From an uncultured delta proteobacterium (lineage in GTDB: Bacteria; Myxococcota_A; Polyangia; Polyangiales; Polyangiaceae), in the NCBI GenBank assembly GCA_963696385.1, contig CAVOKF010000001.1:64001-128000 (forward strand): 64,000 bases of DNA, given 5' to 3'. A program made the position numbers and the translations under genes. The first letter of the stretch is position 1. Each line of letters opens with the position of its first letter. Below, piece after piece: positions 33,495-42,897 of the stretch. The notes under the pieces are model-generated. The model did no database searches. It was not told the origin of the DNA and worked only from the letters and a program-made list of their open reading frames with translations.

Positions 33495-34531
33495 CCGTCG
33501 GACCGTCCTTGAACGTGCAGACGCTCGTCGACACCGCGAAAGAGCTCGTCGCCGGCGACAAGGGCCTGCTCGCGATCGACGAAAGTACCGGAACCTGCAA
33601 CAGGCGATTGGCCGAGCATGGCATCGCTCAAACCGAGGATATGCGGCGCGCTTATCGGGAGTGGATCATCACCGCGCCCCGCCTCGCCGAGAGCATCAGC
33701 GGCGTGATTCTGTACGACGAGACGATCCGCCAGCACAAGAGAGACGGCACGCCCTTCGTGGATGCCATCGCCGACGCGGGACTCGTCGCCGGCATCAAGG
33801 TGGATGCCGGTGCCAAGGACTTGGCCGGGCATCCCCGAGAGACCGTCACCGAGGGACTGGACGGCTTGCGGGATCGTCTGGCCGAGTACGGTCGAATGGG
33901 CGCGCGCTTTGCCAAGTGGCGTGCGGTGATCGCCGTGGGCGACGGCGTCCCGAGCCGCGGGTGCGTCGACGCCAACGCGCATGCTCTGGCTCGGTACGCG
34001 GCGTTGTGCCAAGAAGCGGGGCTGGTTCCGGTCGTCGAGGCCGAGGTGCTCATGGGCGGCGACGAGACGCTCGCTCGCTGCCGCGAAGTGACGGGTGAAG
34101 TCCTCCGTGCGGTGTTCGGTCAGCTGACCGGTCAGCGGGTCATGCTGGAGGGCATGCTTCTCAAGCCCAATATGGTGTTGCCGGGGCTTTCCTGCACCGA
34201 TCAGCGAAGTGTCGACGAAGTCGCCGACGCGACGGTGCGATGTCTCTTGCGCACGGTCCCTGCCGCCGTTCCCGGGATCCTGTTCCTGTCGGGAGGTCAA
34301 CCGGCCGAGTTGGCCTCGGCCCGCCTGAATGCCATGAACGTCCGCTTCAAGGGGCGATTGCCGTGGGCATTGTCGTTCTCGTTTGCCCGCGCCATCCAAC
34401 AGCCGGCGCTCGAAATCTGGGCGGGCAAGGAAGCTCACGTGGCCAGGGCGCAACTGGCTTTGGTGCATCGATCCGTGTGCAACCGGGCGGCGCGCCGTGG
34501 CGAGTACAGCGCGGCGATGGACGGGAGATGA
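33491..34531 (+). CDS. fba: Fructose-bisphosphate aldolase, class I (eukaryote-like)
   Basis: [28 protein letters not shown] (Schiff-base Lys), FLSGGQ, SFARA. Confidence 0.94.
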   Translation: MTVGPSLNVQTLVDTAKELVAGDKGLLAIDESTGTCNRRLAEHGIAQTEDMRRAYREWIITAPRLAESISGVILYDETIRQHKRDGTPFVDAIADAGLVAGIKVDAGAKDLAGHPRETVTEGLDGLRDRLAEYGRMGARFAKWRAVIAVGDGVPSRGCVDANAHALARYAALCQEAGLVPVVEAEVLMGGDETLARCREVTGEVLRAVFGQLTGQRVMLEGMLLKPNMVLPGLSCTDQRSVDEVADATVRCLLRTVPAAVPGILFLSGGQPAELASARLNAMNVRFKGRLPWALSFSFARAIQQPALEIWAGKEAHVARAQLALVHRSVCNRAARRGEYSAAMDGR

Positions 34532-34553
34532 ACTGGCATTATCCTGGTGGGCC

Positions 34554-34979
34554 ATGAGCGTCCAAGTCGATGAACTCGTGCCGGTCGATTTTCACGATAT
34601 CGGCGGTGGACACGCGCTCGTTCGTGTGCGGTTGATCGGAGATACGACCCCCGCCTGGGCCAGTTTATGGGGCCAATCGGTTTCGGCGGCGAAGGCGCAG
34701 GCGGTCCATAGGCCGTTTCTGGAGCGTTCGGAGCCCGAGCTCAAGATGCAAAGCGGCAAGATCTTCCTCGAGTACAAGACGAAGGACGCCGAGCATGCGA
34801 CGGCCGTATTCAAGATTATCCGCGACGTTCTCGTGCCCGGCACGAGTCACCTTCTGGAAGAAGAAACCAAGCGCAACGCCGAGCAAGCGCGCCAGGGACA
34901 AGAGCGAGCGAGGCAGGCGAAGACCAACATCGACGCCATCACCGCCGCCGTGATCGAAGAAAGCAAGCGCAAGCCGTAA
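34554..34979 (+). CDS. Hypothetical protein with C-terminal coiled coil
   Basis: 141-aa ORF with protein-like composition following fba. Confidence 0.55.
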   Translation: MSVQVDELVPVDFHDIGGGHALVRVRLIGDTTPAWASLWGQSVSAAKAQAVHRPFLERSEPELKMQSGKIFLEYKTKDAEHATAVFKIIRDVLVPGTSHLLEEETKRNAEQARQGQERARQAKTNIDAITAAVIEESKRKP

Positions 34980-35258
34980 CGCGCTGCCGTAGCGCCCCGA
35001 TCGCGAACGCGCCGCCTCCACCTTCCAGTGGGGCTTCGGGTTGCCCGCAATGGACCCGGTGCCCGCGTGATCGGCGTCGCGATGCCTCGACCATCGCTCG
35101 GGCTGCATGCCGCGCCGCTCGGTAAGCCCGAGCACCTGCCGTAGCGCCCCGATGGCAAACCCGGACGCGCGCGTGATGCCCGGTCGCTCGAGGCGAATTG
35201 CACGCTGGGCAGGGTGCACGTCGCCTCGCAGCGGCTCGTCGATCCTCCTCTCGGGTCT

Positions 35259-35274
35259 TGGCGCGCTCGTTGCT
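35259..35274 (+). promoter_or_regulatory. sigma54-type promoter
   Basis: TGGCGCGCTCGTTGCT followed by GAGGAGG SD and ATG 35309. Confidence 0.68.
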
Positions 35275-35308
35275 TATGACCCATCCAACCTAACTCGAGG
35301 AGGACACC

Positions 35309-35821
35309 ATGAACGTCTCGGAGATCATGAGCAAAGCCGCCAAATCGTGCGGGACGAATGACAGTTTGCAGGAGGCTGCGCGGATCATGTGGGAGAGCGA
35401 CTGCGGCATGGTCCCGGTCGTCGACGATCAAACGCGCGTCGTCGGCATCATCACCGACCGCGATATTTGCATGGCGGCGTACACGCACGGCCAGCCGCTC
35501 TGGCAGATCCCCGTGTCCCAGGCGATGGCCAAGCAGGTGCACGGTGTGCGCGAGAACGACCCCCTCGAAGTGGTCGAAACGCTGATGCGGCGAGTTCGGG
35601 TGCGCCGCGTGCCGGTCCTCGACGCCGACGGACGCCTGAAGGGTATTCTGTCGATGAACGACCTGACGCGTCATGCGCATCGCGCCGTCGGCCGTTGGAA
35701 CAACGGCCTCAGCGTCGACGGCATCGTCAAAACCCTGGCCGCGATCTGCGAACCGCGCGCGCATTCGGCCAACGTTTCGAGCGCCCCGGCTGCCAACGGC
35801 AGCCATGCCCCCGCCCCGTGA
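35309..35821 (+). CDS. CBS-pair domain protein
   Basis: VSEIMS, AARIMWESDCGMVPVVD, GIITDRDIC, VRRVPV, GILSMND. Confidence 0.92.
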   Translation: MNVSEIMSKAAKSCGTNDSLQEAARIMWESDCGMVPVVDDQTRVVGIITDRDICMAAYTHGQPLWQIPVSQAMAKQVHGVRENDPLEVVETLMRRVRVRRVPVLDADGRLKGILSMNDLTRHAHRAVGRWNNGLSVDGIVKTLAAICEPRAHSANVSSAPAANGSHAPAP

Positions 35822-35835
35822 CGAGGGACCCAGCG

Positions 35836-37266
35836 TCAACCGGCTGCGGCCGGCGTCATCGGATGCCGGCTCACGCTGTCCCCATCTTCCTGGCGCAGCT
35901 CGGCAAATACCCCGGATGAGAGCACGGTCAGCCCTCCCAGCACGACGAACGCAAGGTGAATGCCGTGAATCATCTGCCGCGGGTCGGAGTGGAGTCGGTC
36001 GGGGATGAACACCGCGGTCGTGAGTGAAGCTGCCGCGACGCCGAAGCTCATCGACATCTGCTGCAACGTGCTGGCGATCGTGCTCGCCATGCTCGTGTCG
36101 GCCTCTTGGATGTCGGCATAGACCAGCGTATTCATGCTGGTGAACTGCAGCGAGGAAAGGAAACCGAAGGCGGTCGCTTGAAGGCAGATCACGACGACGG
36201 ACGTCTGCGCTCCGATGGTGGCGAATAGACCGATGAGCAAGCCGAGCAGCACCGTATTGGTCAGCAGCACGCGGCGGTAACCGAAGCGGGTCAGGATCAT
36301 CGGCATGGTCATCTTCAGACTGATGGCTGCGATCGACTGGGGCAGGATGAAAAGCCCTGACTGAATCGGCGAATAGCCGAGCCCGACCTGATAGAGCAGC
36401 GGCAGCAAGAACGGCATTCCGCCGACGCCCAGGCGTGTGACGAAGCTGCCGCTCACGGCCACGCGCAACGTGCGGATGCCGAAGAGCCCGATCCGCAGCA
36501 AGGGATGCGCCGCGCGGATCGCGTGGCGCACGTATCCGACGATGAGCGCGGTCGCAAGGGCCAGTAGAGCGCCGCTCTGCGCTGCGCTCAGGGTATGCTC
36601 TCCAAAGATCTCCAGCACGTACGACAGAAGCCCAACGCCCGAACCGAACAGCAACAGTCCCACCCAGTCCAGTCGATCCGTCCGTGCGGCGCGATAGTCG
36701 GGCAGGTGGCGGTAGACGAGAAACAGGCCCACGAGGCCGATGGGCAGGTTGACGAAAAAGATCACGCGCCAATGGGAAAACGCGACGATCAGCCCTCCGG
36801 CAAGCGGGCCGATCATCGGGCCGATCAGAGCCGGGATCGCGACGAAGCTCATCGCGCGAACCAGCTCGGACTTCGCGAAGGCGTGCACCATCGTCAGACG
36901 GCCCACCGGGACCATCATCGCGCCGCCGCAGCCCTGGAGGATGCGGCACCCGACCAGGACGTGAATGTCGTTCGACATGCCGCACAAGAGCGATCCCAGC
37001 ATGAAGATCCCAATGGCCGAGGAAAAGACGGCGCGGGTCCCGAAACGATCGGCCACCCAGCCGCTCAGCGGGATGAACACCGCCAGGCTCAGCGTGTAGC
37101 TCGTGAGCACCGACTTCATGCTGAGCGGAGCCACGTGCAGTGCGGCCGCCATGGCGGGCAGCGCGGTATTGAGAATCGTCGTGTCGAGCGATTCCATGAA
37201 GAACGCCACCGCCACGAGCCACGGCAGCATGCGTTTCACGGATTCGGCCGGGGCCGACTGGGTCAT
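35836..37266 (-). CDS. MFS transporter, DHA2 (EmrB/QacA, MdtD/HsrA-like)
   Basis: FFMESLDTTILNTALP, SGWVADRFG, RILQGCGGAMMVPVGR, WRVIFFVNLPIG. Confidence 0.93.
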   Translation of the reverse strand: MTQSAPAESVKRMLPWLVAVAFFMESLDTTILNTALPAMAAALHVAPLSMKSVLTSYTLSLAVFIPLSGWVADRFGTRAVFSSAIGIFMLGSLLCGMSNDIHVLVGCRILQGCGGAMMVPVGRLTMVHAFAKSELVRAMSFVAIPALIGPMIGPLAGGLIVAFSHWRVIFFVNLPIGLVGLFLVYRHLPDYRAARTDRLDWVGLLLFGSGVGLLSYVLEIFGEHTLSAAQSGALLALATALIVGYVRHAIRAAHPLLRIGLFGIRTLRVAVSGSFVTRLGVGGMPFLLPLLYQVGLGYSPIQSGLFILPQSIAAISLKMTMPMILTRFGYRRVLLTNTVLLGLLIGLFATIGAQTSVVVICLQATAFGFLSSLQFTSMNTLVYADIQEADTSMASTIASTLQQMSMSFGVAAASLTTAVFIPDRLHSDPRQMIHGIHLAFVVLGGLTVLSSGVFAELRQEDGDSVSRHPMTPAAAG

Positions 37267-37386
37267 GGTCGGGCCAGAGTACCGTCGCCCACGCGCGGCG
37301 GGCACGATCGACTACCCCACAGCGCAAGCGGCCCATGCGCGGCCTTGTGCACCCGCCGATTCGCGGTCACCCGACCGCATTCGGGC

Positions 37387-38028
37387 TCACGGGCCATGCT
37401 CCGGCGCTTCGTCCGCTACGGGCATCGCCCCCGACCCTTCGGCGCGAAGCTCGGCGGTGGCCTTGTCCGCCAGGATGTTCACGGCGTCGACGAGTGCCGT
37501 AGACAAGGCCATGACGATGGCATCGGCCTCGGCATCGCCCGTGGCCGGCGCGATCGCCCGCTCGATCGTGACGGACCGCGCGAATCGTACGACGCGGTGG
37601 TCGACCAGCGAATAATCGATCTGGACTCGACCTACGTGGGCGGGTGCGCGGACTTCCTCGAACGCCATGACGTCGACGTCGAGGGTGGTGCCGGCCCCAT
37701 ACAGGATCTGCCGAATACCGCGGCGGTCGAAGAGTGCGCGACCGAGCTCGCGTCGAACGTACGACTCGGGTTTGTCCGTCCACCGTCGCCCTTCGTAGTA
37801 TCCGATTTCGTAGACCGAGTTGCGAAACACAATCTCGTCTTTGAGGTAGGCCGCTGCCGTGACGCGCCCGAGCCTCAACTCCAACCCGCTCGGCGCGACC
37901 GGATCTGCAGGCGTCGCCGCGCTCTCCGGGGTGAAATAGCGAGATACGAACGGGTCGCTCTTGAAAAAGAGCGCACACCCGATCTGCGGCAACAGGGCCG
38001 CCATGCACCAGGCCCTTCCGATCTTCAT
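37387..38028 (-). CDS. PqiC-like ABC transport auxiliary lipoprotein
   Basis: Cys after signal (QIGC), RYFTP, RRWTDKP; last gene of the Mla-type operon. Confidence 0.8.
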   Translation of the reverse strand: MKIGRAWCMAALLPQIGCALFFKSDPFVSRYFTPESAATPADPVAPSGLELRLGRVTAAAYLKDEIVFRNSVYEIGYYEGRRWTDKPESYVRRELGRALFDRRGIRQILYGAGTTLDVDVMAFEEVRAPAHVGRVQIDYSLVDHRVVRFARSVTIERAIAPATGDAEADAIVMALSTALVDAVNILADKATAELRAEGSGAMPVADEAPEHGP

Positions 38029-38987
38029 CGGAGCGCCTTGGTCCGGCCCTTGAGCAGCATATCCGAGTCCCGGTCGAGCGCGTCGCCGAGCCTCTGGACC
38101 GCAGCCGCGGCCTCTTGCACATTGCGCAGGGTGTCCTCGAGGTTCTCCCCGAGCCCCGTCGCGCCGTGGGCGACGTCGCCCACGGCGGTCGACGCGCGTT
38201 CGACGCTGGCGATCAAGCCTTTCTTTCCTTGGAGACGTTCGATGAGCCCATCGACGTGCGCCACCGTTGCCTGCAACTGCACGAGCGTCGCTTGGGCTTC
38301 GTGCGATAGCTTTTCGACGTCCGCGCGCTCGATCACGCGCCGAACGTCGGCGAGCAGGGCGTCCACGTGGCCGAGCGTCGCGCCGGCCTTGTCGGCAATG
38401 TGCTCGGCCGTGACGTCCTCGAGCAAGGCACTGATTTTCGCCAGCAACGTCACGATTTGGTCGGCCACTTCCGGAAAGCGGTCGACCGCGTGAACGACCG
38501 AGTCTTCCAGATTTTTGATCGTCGATCGCGCCGACGGGATGTAGTTTTCCGGCACGGGGAACGGTAACGGCAGGACGGGATTGTCCTCGATTGGGAAGAA
38601 GTCGATCGAGATGAACATGACCCCCGTGAGACCCGAGGAGTCGAGTTGCACGCGCAAATCCGGCGGCACGGCCATCGTCGTTTTCGCCCTTGCAACCGAC
38701 GCGAGTCCCAGGGCCTTGAGATCGCCGACCCCGAGCTGGCTCGTGATCGCGACGCGGCGGTGATCGGGAGCAATGTTGATGACCGATACGCTGCCGATCG
38801 TGACGCCGCGGAATTTCACCGGCGATCCGACGTCCAGGCCTTGGACCGATTCGTCGAAGAACGACTGATAGCTCACGGTCTTCTTTTCCAGATTCCGCGC
38901 CCCCAGGGCGACGGCGCTGCCGATCGCCACGACGAAGCCGACCACGACGAAGAGGCCGAGCTTCCAGTGATTGGTCGGAGCGGGCAT
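38025..38987 (-). CDS. mlaD: MCE/MlaD-family protein
   Basis: KLGLFV TM helix, FDESVQGLDVGSPVKFRGVTIGSV, SGLTG, helical C-terminus. Confidence 0.9.
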   Translation of the reverse strand: MPAPTNHWKLGLFVVVGFVVAIGSAVALGARNLEKKTVSYQSFFDESVQGLDVGSPVKFRGVTIGSVSVINIAPDHRRVAITSQLGVGDLKALGLASVARAKTTMAVPPDLRVQLDSSGLTGVMFISIDFFPIEDNPVLPLPFPVPENYIPSARSTIKNLEDSVVHAVDRFPEVADQIVTLLAKISALLEDVTAEHIADKAGATLGHVDALLADVRRVIERADVEKLSHEAQATLVQLQATVAHVDGLIERLQGKKGLIASVERASTAVGDVAHGATGLGENLEDTLRNVQEAAAAVQRLGDALDRDSDMLLKGRTKALR

Positions 38988-38988
38988 T

Positions 38989-39744
38989 TCAGTGGGCTCT
39001 CGCTGCACGGTGAAAGAACCGCTGGACGCGTTCATCGGCACACGAGTCTCTGAGATCGGCCGGAATGCCGGAGGCGATGATGCTCTGGCTCTCCTTGTCC
39101 AGCATGATGCAACGCGAGACGATCTTGAAGATGCTCGCGAGCTCGTGGGTCACGACGACCACCGTCAATCCGAGAGCGCGATTGAGCACGAGAATCAGGT
39201 CATCGAGCTCGACGGCCGTGACCGGGTCGAGCCCAGCGGACGGCTCATCGAGAAAGAGAAGACGGGGCTCCAAGGCCATCGCTCGAGCAATCGCAGCGCG
39301 CTTGGTCATGCCCCCCGACAGCTCCGAAGGCAGCTTGTCCTCGACCCCGCGCAAGCCGACCAGGCACAGCTTGGCGCTGACGATGGCGCCCACCGCCTCG
39401 GGGGTGAGATCGGTCCACGTGTGAAGCGGCAGTCCGACATTTTCGCCGACGGTCATCGACGTGAAGAGGGCCCCGGATTGAAACACGACCCCGAACGGCG
39501 GCCGTCCGACTTCAAGGTGTTGGGCCGCCGCGCCCGCGACGACGACCGTGCCTTGCACCGGGGTCTCGAGGCCGACGAGATACCGCATCAGTGTGGACTT
39601 TCCGCATCCGCTCACGCCGAGAATCGCGAATATGTCTCCGCGTGCGACGTCGAAACTCATGTTCTTTTGCAGGGTGACGTCGTCCCAACCGATCGTGAGA
39701 TCGACGACGCGGATCATGGCTTCGTCGCTCATTTCCAGGATCAT
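38989..39744 (-). CDS. mlaF: MlaF-like ABC ATPase
   Basis: GVSGCGKS, FQSGALF, LSGGMTKRAAIARA, LDEPSAGLDP, VTHE. Confidence 0.93.
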   Translation of the reverse strand: MILEMSDEAMIRVVDLTIGWDDVTLQKNMSFDVARGDIFAILGVSGCGKSTLMRYLVGLETPVQGTVVVAGAAAQHLEVGRPPFGVVFQSGALFTSMTVGENVGLPLHTWTDLTPEAVGAIVSAKLCLVGLRGVEDKLPSELSGGMTKRAAIARAMALEPRLLFLDEPSAGLDPVTAVELDDLILVLNRALGLTVVVVTHELASIFKIVSRCIMLDKESQSIIASGIPADLRDSCADERVQRFFHRAARAH

Positions 39745-40889
39745 CGATGGATCGCGTGAAAAAAGACCGTGAAACCTGCGTCGAGCAGGACGATGACGAA
39801 CAGGGTGGTCACGACCGACGAGGTGGTGCGGCGCCCGACCCCTTCCGCGCCCCCTGTGGTCGCGAGTCCTTGCTGACACGAGATGAGTGCGATGGCGACA
39901 CCGAAGACGGCGCTCTTGAGGATGCCCGAATAGACGTCCCAGAGTGTCACGGCCTTTGCGGTCTCTCTCAGGTATCCGACGATCGTGAGATCGAGACTCA
40001 TCAAGCCGACCACGAGGCCCCCCAGAATGCCGACGGCATCGGCCAGCAGCGCTAGGATGGGGATCGCGAGGAAGAGCCCAACCGCGCGCGGCAAAACGAG
40101 ATACCGGATCGGGCCGAGTCCCATCGTACGCAGCGCGTCGACCTCCTCGGACACCTTCATGGATCCGAGCTCCGCTGCAAAGGCCGCGCCGGACCGGCCG
40201 CACAGGATGATGGCGGTCATCAGCGGTCCGAGCTCTCGCGTGACCGAGAGGCCGACGAGATCGGCGACGAAGATGTTCGCTCCGAACTGCTTCAGCTGGA
40301 CGGCGCCCTGGTAGGCCATCACGAAGCCGACGAGAAAGTTGATCAGCACCACGATGGGCACCGCGTCGGCCCCCACACGCTCCATGGTCGGCCAGACGTC
40401 GCTCCAGTTGCCGCTCCGGGGGGCTCGCAGCGTGGCCGCCGCCGATAGAATCATTTGGCCCAAGAACGCCAGAACGAGCTGCGTTTCGACGACCACGGTC
40501 AACGTGGCGCGTCCGATCTGAGCGAACGCCCCCTCCGGCCTCCGCTTGCTCACTGCGCGAAGGTGAGCGTCCCCTTCGTAGAGATGAACGATCTCTTGGA
40601 CGTTCGGACGGGCACCGACGAACTCGGACGCGATTCCCTGCGCACGCAGGCGATTGCGGAGATGAACGAGAAGGGCCATCGCTCCGCCGTCGACGGCTTC
40701 GACCTTGGAGAGATCGAAGTCCAGCCGCGGCGGCGAAGCCGAGACGAGGAGCTTTCGCGCCTCGGTCCAGAGCGCGCCGGCATCGACGAATTCGAGGCGC
40801 CCGCGCACATGGATGGTTCGGCAAGGTTCCCCCTCGACGGCGCGGTCGATCGAAAAGCCATGCCGATTCGGCGCTGCAAGCAGGCTCAC
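39741..40889 (-). CDS. mlaE: MlaE-like permease with N-terminal STAS domain (start uncertain; GTG 40889 preferred)
   Basis: DLSKVEAVDGG (STAS), RELGPLMTAI, GRSGAAFAAELGSMKVSEEVDAL, GAEGVGRRTT. Confidence 0.9.
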   Translation of the reverse strand: MSLLAAPNRHGFSIDRAVEGEPCRTIHVRGRLEFVDAGALWTEARKLLVSASPPRLDFDLSKVEAVDGGAMALLVHLRNRLRAQGIASEFVGARPNVQEIVHLYEGDAHLRAVSKRRPEGAFAQIGRATLTVVVETQLVLAFLGQMILSAAATLRAPRSGNWSDVWPTMERVGADAVPIVVLINFLVGFVMAYQGAVQLKQFGANIFVADLVGLSVTRELGPLMTAIILCGRSGAAFAAELGSMKVSEEVDALRTMGLGPIRYLVLPRAVGLFLAIPILALLADAVGILGGLVVGLMSLDLTIVGYLRETAKAVTLWDVYSGILKSAVFGVAIALISCQQGLATTGGAEGVGRRTTSSVVTTLFVIVLLDAGFTVFFHAIHR

Positions 40890-40900
40890 GACGAGGCTAC

Positions 40901-40916
40901 AGCAACAAGCATTCCC
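40901..40916 (-). promoter_or_regulatory. sigma54-like promoter for the mla operon
   Basis: Minus strand GGGAATGCTTGTTGCT, 11 nt before in-frame GTG 40889. Confidence 0.45.
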
Positions 40917-41140
40917 GCACGGGCTATCCGCGGTACCGGGCCGCGCGACGCCTCCTTGGGATCGCGTGTCCATGGGGCGTTTTCGCAATTTCCCCGGCAC
41001 CGTGGTGGTTTGCGAATCGCCCAGCAACGACGTACCCATCCGGCTGAGGTCACGTCGTTAGGCCGTGCCGCGGAGCGCCCCGTGAACGCGGAGGCTCGCC
41101 GAGATGAGACCCCGCCTCTTTTGGCGCCGCCTGTCTCGAT

Positions 41141-41156
41141 TGGCATGGGATTCGCA
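41141..41156 (+). promoter_or_regulatory. sigma54-like promoter
   Basis: TGGCATGGGATTCGCA upstream of ATG 41181. Confidence 0.5.
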
Positions 41157-41180
41157 TCCGCAATCGCGAGGTCGTCTGCC

Positions 41181-41753
41181 ATGCGATGCGAAGCGATTCT
41201 GACCCAACACGATCTGCGCGATCTGTTCGCGAAATTGGCACCGCTCGAGATTCGTGTCGGGGAGAGCGCCACGTTGGTTCTCGAATCGCCGACGGAGGTC
41301 TCGTTGGTCGCCCTCGAGGGGGTGAACGTCGTGTGCGACGCGACGCTCCACTGGCCGCTGCTCGGGGTGGACCTGCCGGTGCACATGCGCCAACTCACGG
41401 TCCGAATTCATCCCGCCGTGCGCCCGGGTCCGAATGGCAACAGCAGCGTGCTCGTATTCACCCTTCAGATCGAACGCACGGGTGTGTCGCTTCTGCCAGC
41501 CTCCTTCGACGACCGCGTGACCACTCTTTTGAACAAGGAGCTCGTCACCAAGCACGTCGAACTCGCGTGGAATTTCGGAAAAACGCTAACCCACGTGTTT
41601 TCGCTGCCGGCGGGCCTCGTGTCCGCCGCTGCCTTGGGTGTTCGTGTGGAATCCGGCACGACCCGGGTGACCGAGAACGACGTTCGGCTCGTCGTCGAGT
41701 TCGGAGCCGAAGTGCAAAAGCGCGTCGGGGCCACGGACCGACGGTCGGCGTGA
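41181..41753 (+). CDS. Hypothetical beta-rich protein
   Basis: 190-aa C-terminal part of ORF 40455..41753 with protein-like pattern (EAILT..DL, LHWP..G, LAWNFGKTL). Confidence 0.65.
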   Translation: MRCEAILTQHDLRDLFAKLAPLEIRVGESATLVLESPTEVSLVALEGVNVVCDATLHWPLLGVDLPVHMRQLTVRIHPAVRPGPNGNSSVLVFTLQIERTGVSLLPASFDDRVTTLLNKELVTKHVELAWNFGKTLTHVFSLPAGLVSAAALGVRVESGTTRVTENDVRLVVEFGAEVQKRVGATDRRSA

Positions 41754-41757
41754 GCGA

Positions 41758-42567
41758 TCAGCCGCTCACTTCATCGGTCCACACCCGGAAGCTTTCCAGC
41801 GTGTTGGGGCCGAACGTGGTCGCGATGGCCACGTCCGCCGCGTCGCGGCCTCGGGCGATGAGCACTCGGCCGATACGTGGGGTGTTGTTGCGCGGATCGA
41901 ACGTGTACCATTGCCCGCCCAGATACGCCTCGAACCATGCCGCAAAGTCCATCGGTGCGTACGGCGGCGGCAGCCCCATGTCCCCGAGATAGCCCGTGCA
42001 GTACCGCGCCGGAATGTTCATGCAACGGCAGAACGCGATCGCCAAATGCGCGTAGTCGCGGCAGACGCCCTTGCGTTCGTGGAAGGCATCCCATGCCGTT
42101 TTCGTCGGCCTGGCGTGTTCGTAGCCGAACGAAATGTGACGATGCACGAAGTCGCAGATGGCTTGCACGCGACCCCAGCCGGTCGGCGCGCCGGCAAACA
42201 GGGCCCAGGCCGTCTCCAACAGTCGGTCGGTTTCACAGTAACGACTCCCGAGCAAAAAGACCAACGAGTCCTCCGGCAACGAGGGCACGTCGGACTGCTG
42301 TGCCGCGGACGCCACCACGTCGGGCCATCCGGTATCGCTCACCACCGCATCGGACGTGATTCGCACCTGACCGGCGGGCGCCAATACCCGGCTGCACCAA
42401 TTGCCGAACATGTCTCGATACGCCGTGATCGGCGCACTCGGGCTGACGATGAGATAATCGGGTCTGACAATGTCCGATGCCCGACTGTAGTGAATGTTGA
42501 CCACCAAAATGAGTGGGGTCGGTTGAGGAAACTGGTAGAGCAACTCGTAGCCGACTCGGATTTGCAT
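41758..42567 (-). CDS. Transglutaminase-like protein
   Basis: MQIRVGYEL, FLLGSRYCETD, GVCRDYAH, IPARYCTGY, DFAAWFEAYLGG.WYTFD, GRDAADV. Confidence 0.92.
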   Translation of the reverse strand: MQIRVGYELLYQFPQPTPLILVVNIHYSRASDIVRPDYLIVSPSAPITAYRDMFGNWCSRVLAPAGQVRITSDAVVSDTGWPDVVASAAQQSDVPSLPEDSLVFLLGSRYCETDRLLETAWALFAGAPTGWGRVQAICDFVHRHISFGYEHARPTKTAWDAFHERKGVCRDYAHLAIAFCRCMNIPARYCTGYLGDMGLPPPYAPMDFAAWFEAYLGGQWYTFDPRNNTPRIGRVLIARGRDAADVAIATTFGPNTLESFRVWTDEVSG

Positions 42568-42868
42568 GGGGGCGGGCAGGTGGACGCACCGTAACGTGAT
42601 TATACCGTGGACCATACCAAAACGGTGCCAACGGTGGGACGATGCGCGATTCGGCATGGACTCGAAACGCGTGTGAAATGGATGCGACTCCGATCGGCCC
42701 ATCCGCGACCGTCCGACGACTCTCTTCCGATGCTCCTCGTGCCCTTATGGGCCTAAGACGCAAAGAGCCCGCGCCCATCGCAAAACGCCACCAAGGCCAT
42801 GGGGCAGTGAGCCCATGCGCAAAGGCGGATCGGCAGTCCAGCCGCCCCGAATGCGCGGAGTGGTTCGT

Positions 42869-42884
42869 GGGAGCGACTGTTGCA
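42869..42884 (+). promoter_or_regulatory. sigma54-like promoter
   Basis: GGGAGCGACTGTTGCA, 13 nt before ATG 42898. Confidence 0.4.
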
Positions 42885-42897
42885 TGGGAACACGCGC

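Noticed and set aside
42599..42630. sigma70 promoter (TATAAT on minus strand) or sigma54 site for the transglutaminase gene
   Set aside because: No matching -35 at 16-18 bp, and the TGGCAC element has GT rather than GC at -12. Similar imperfect sites at 20039, 34534 and 61714 were also left out.
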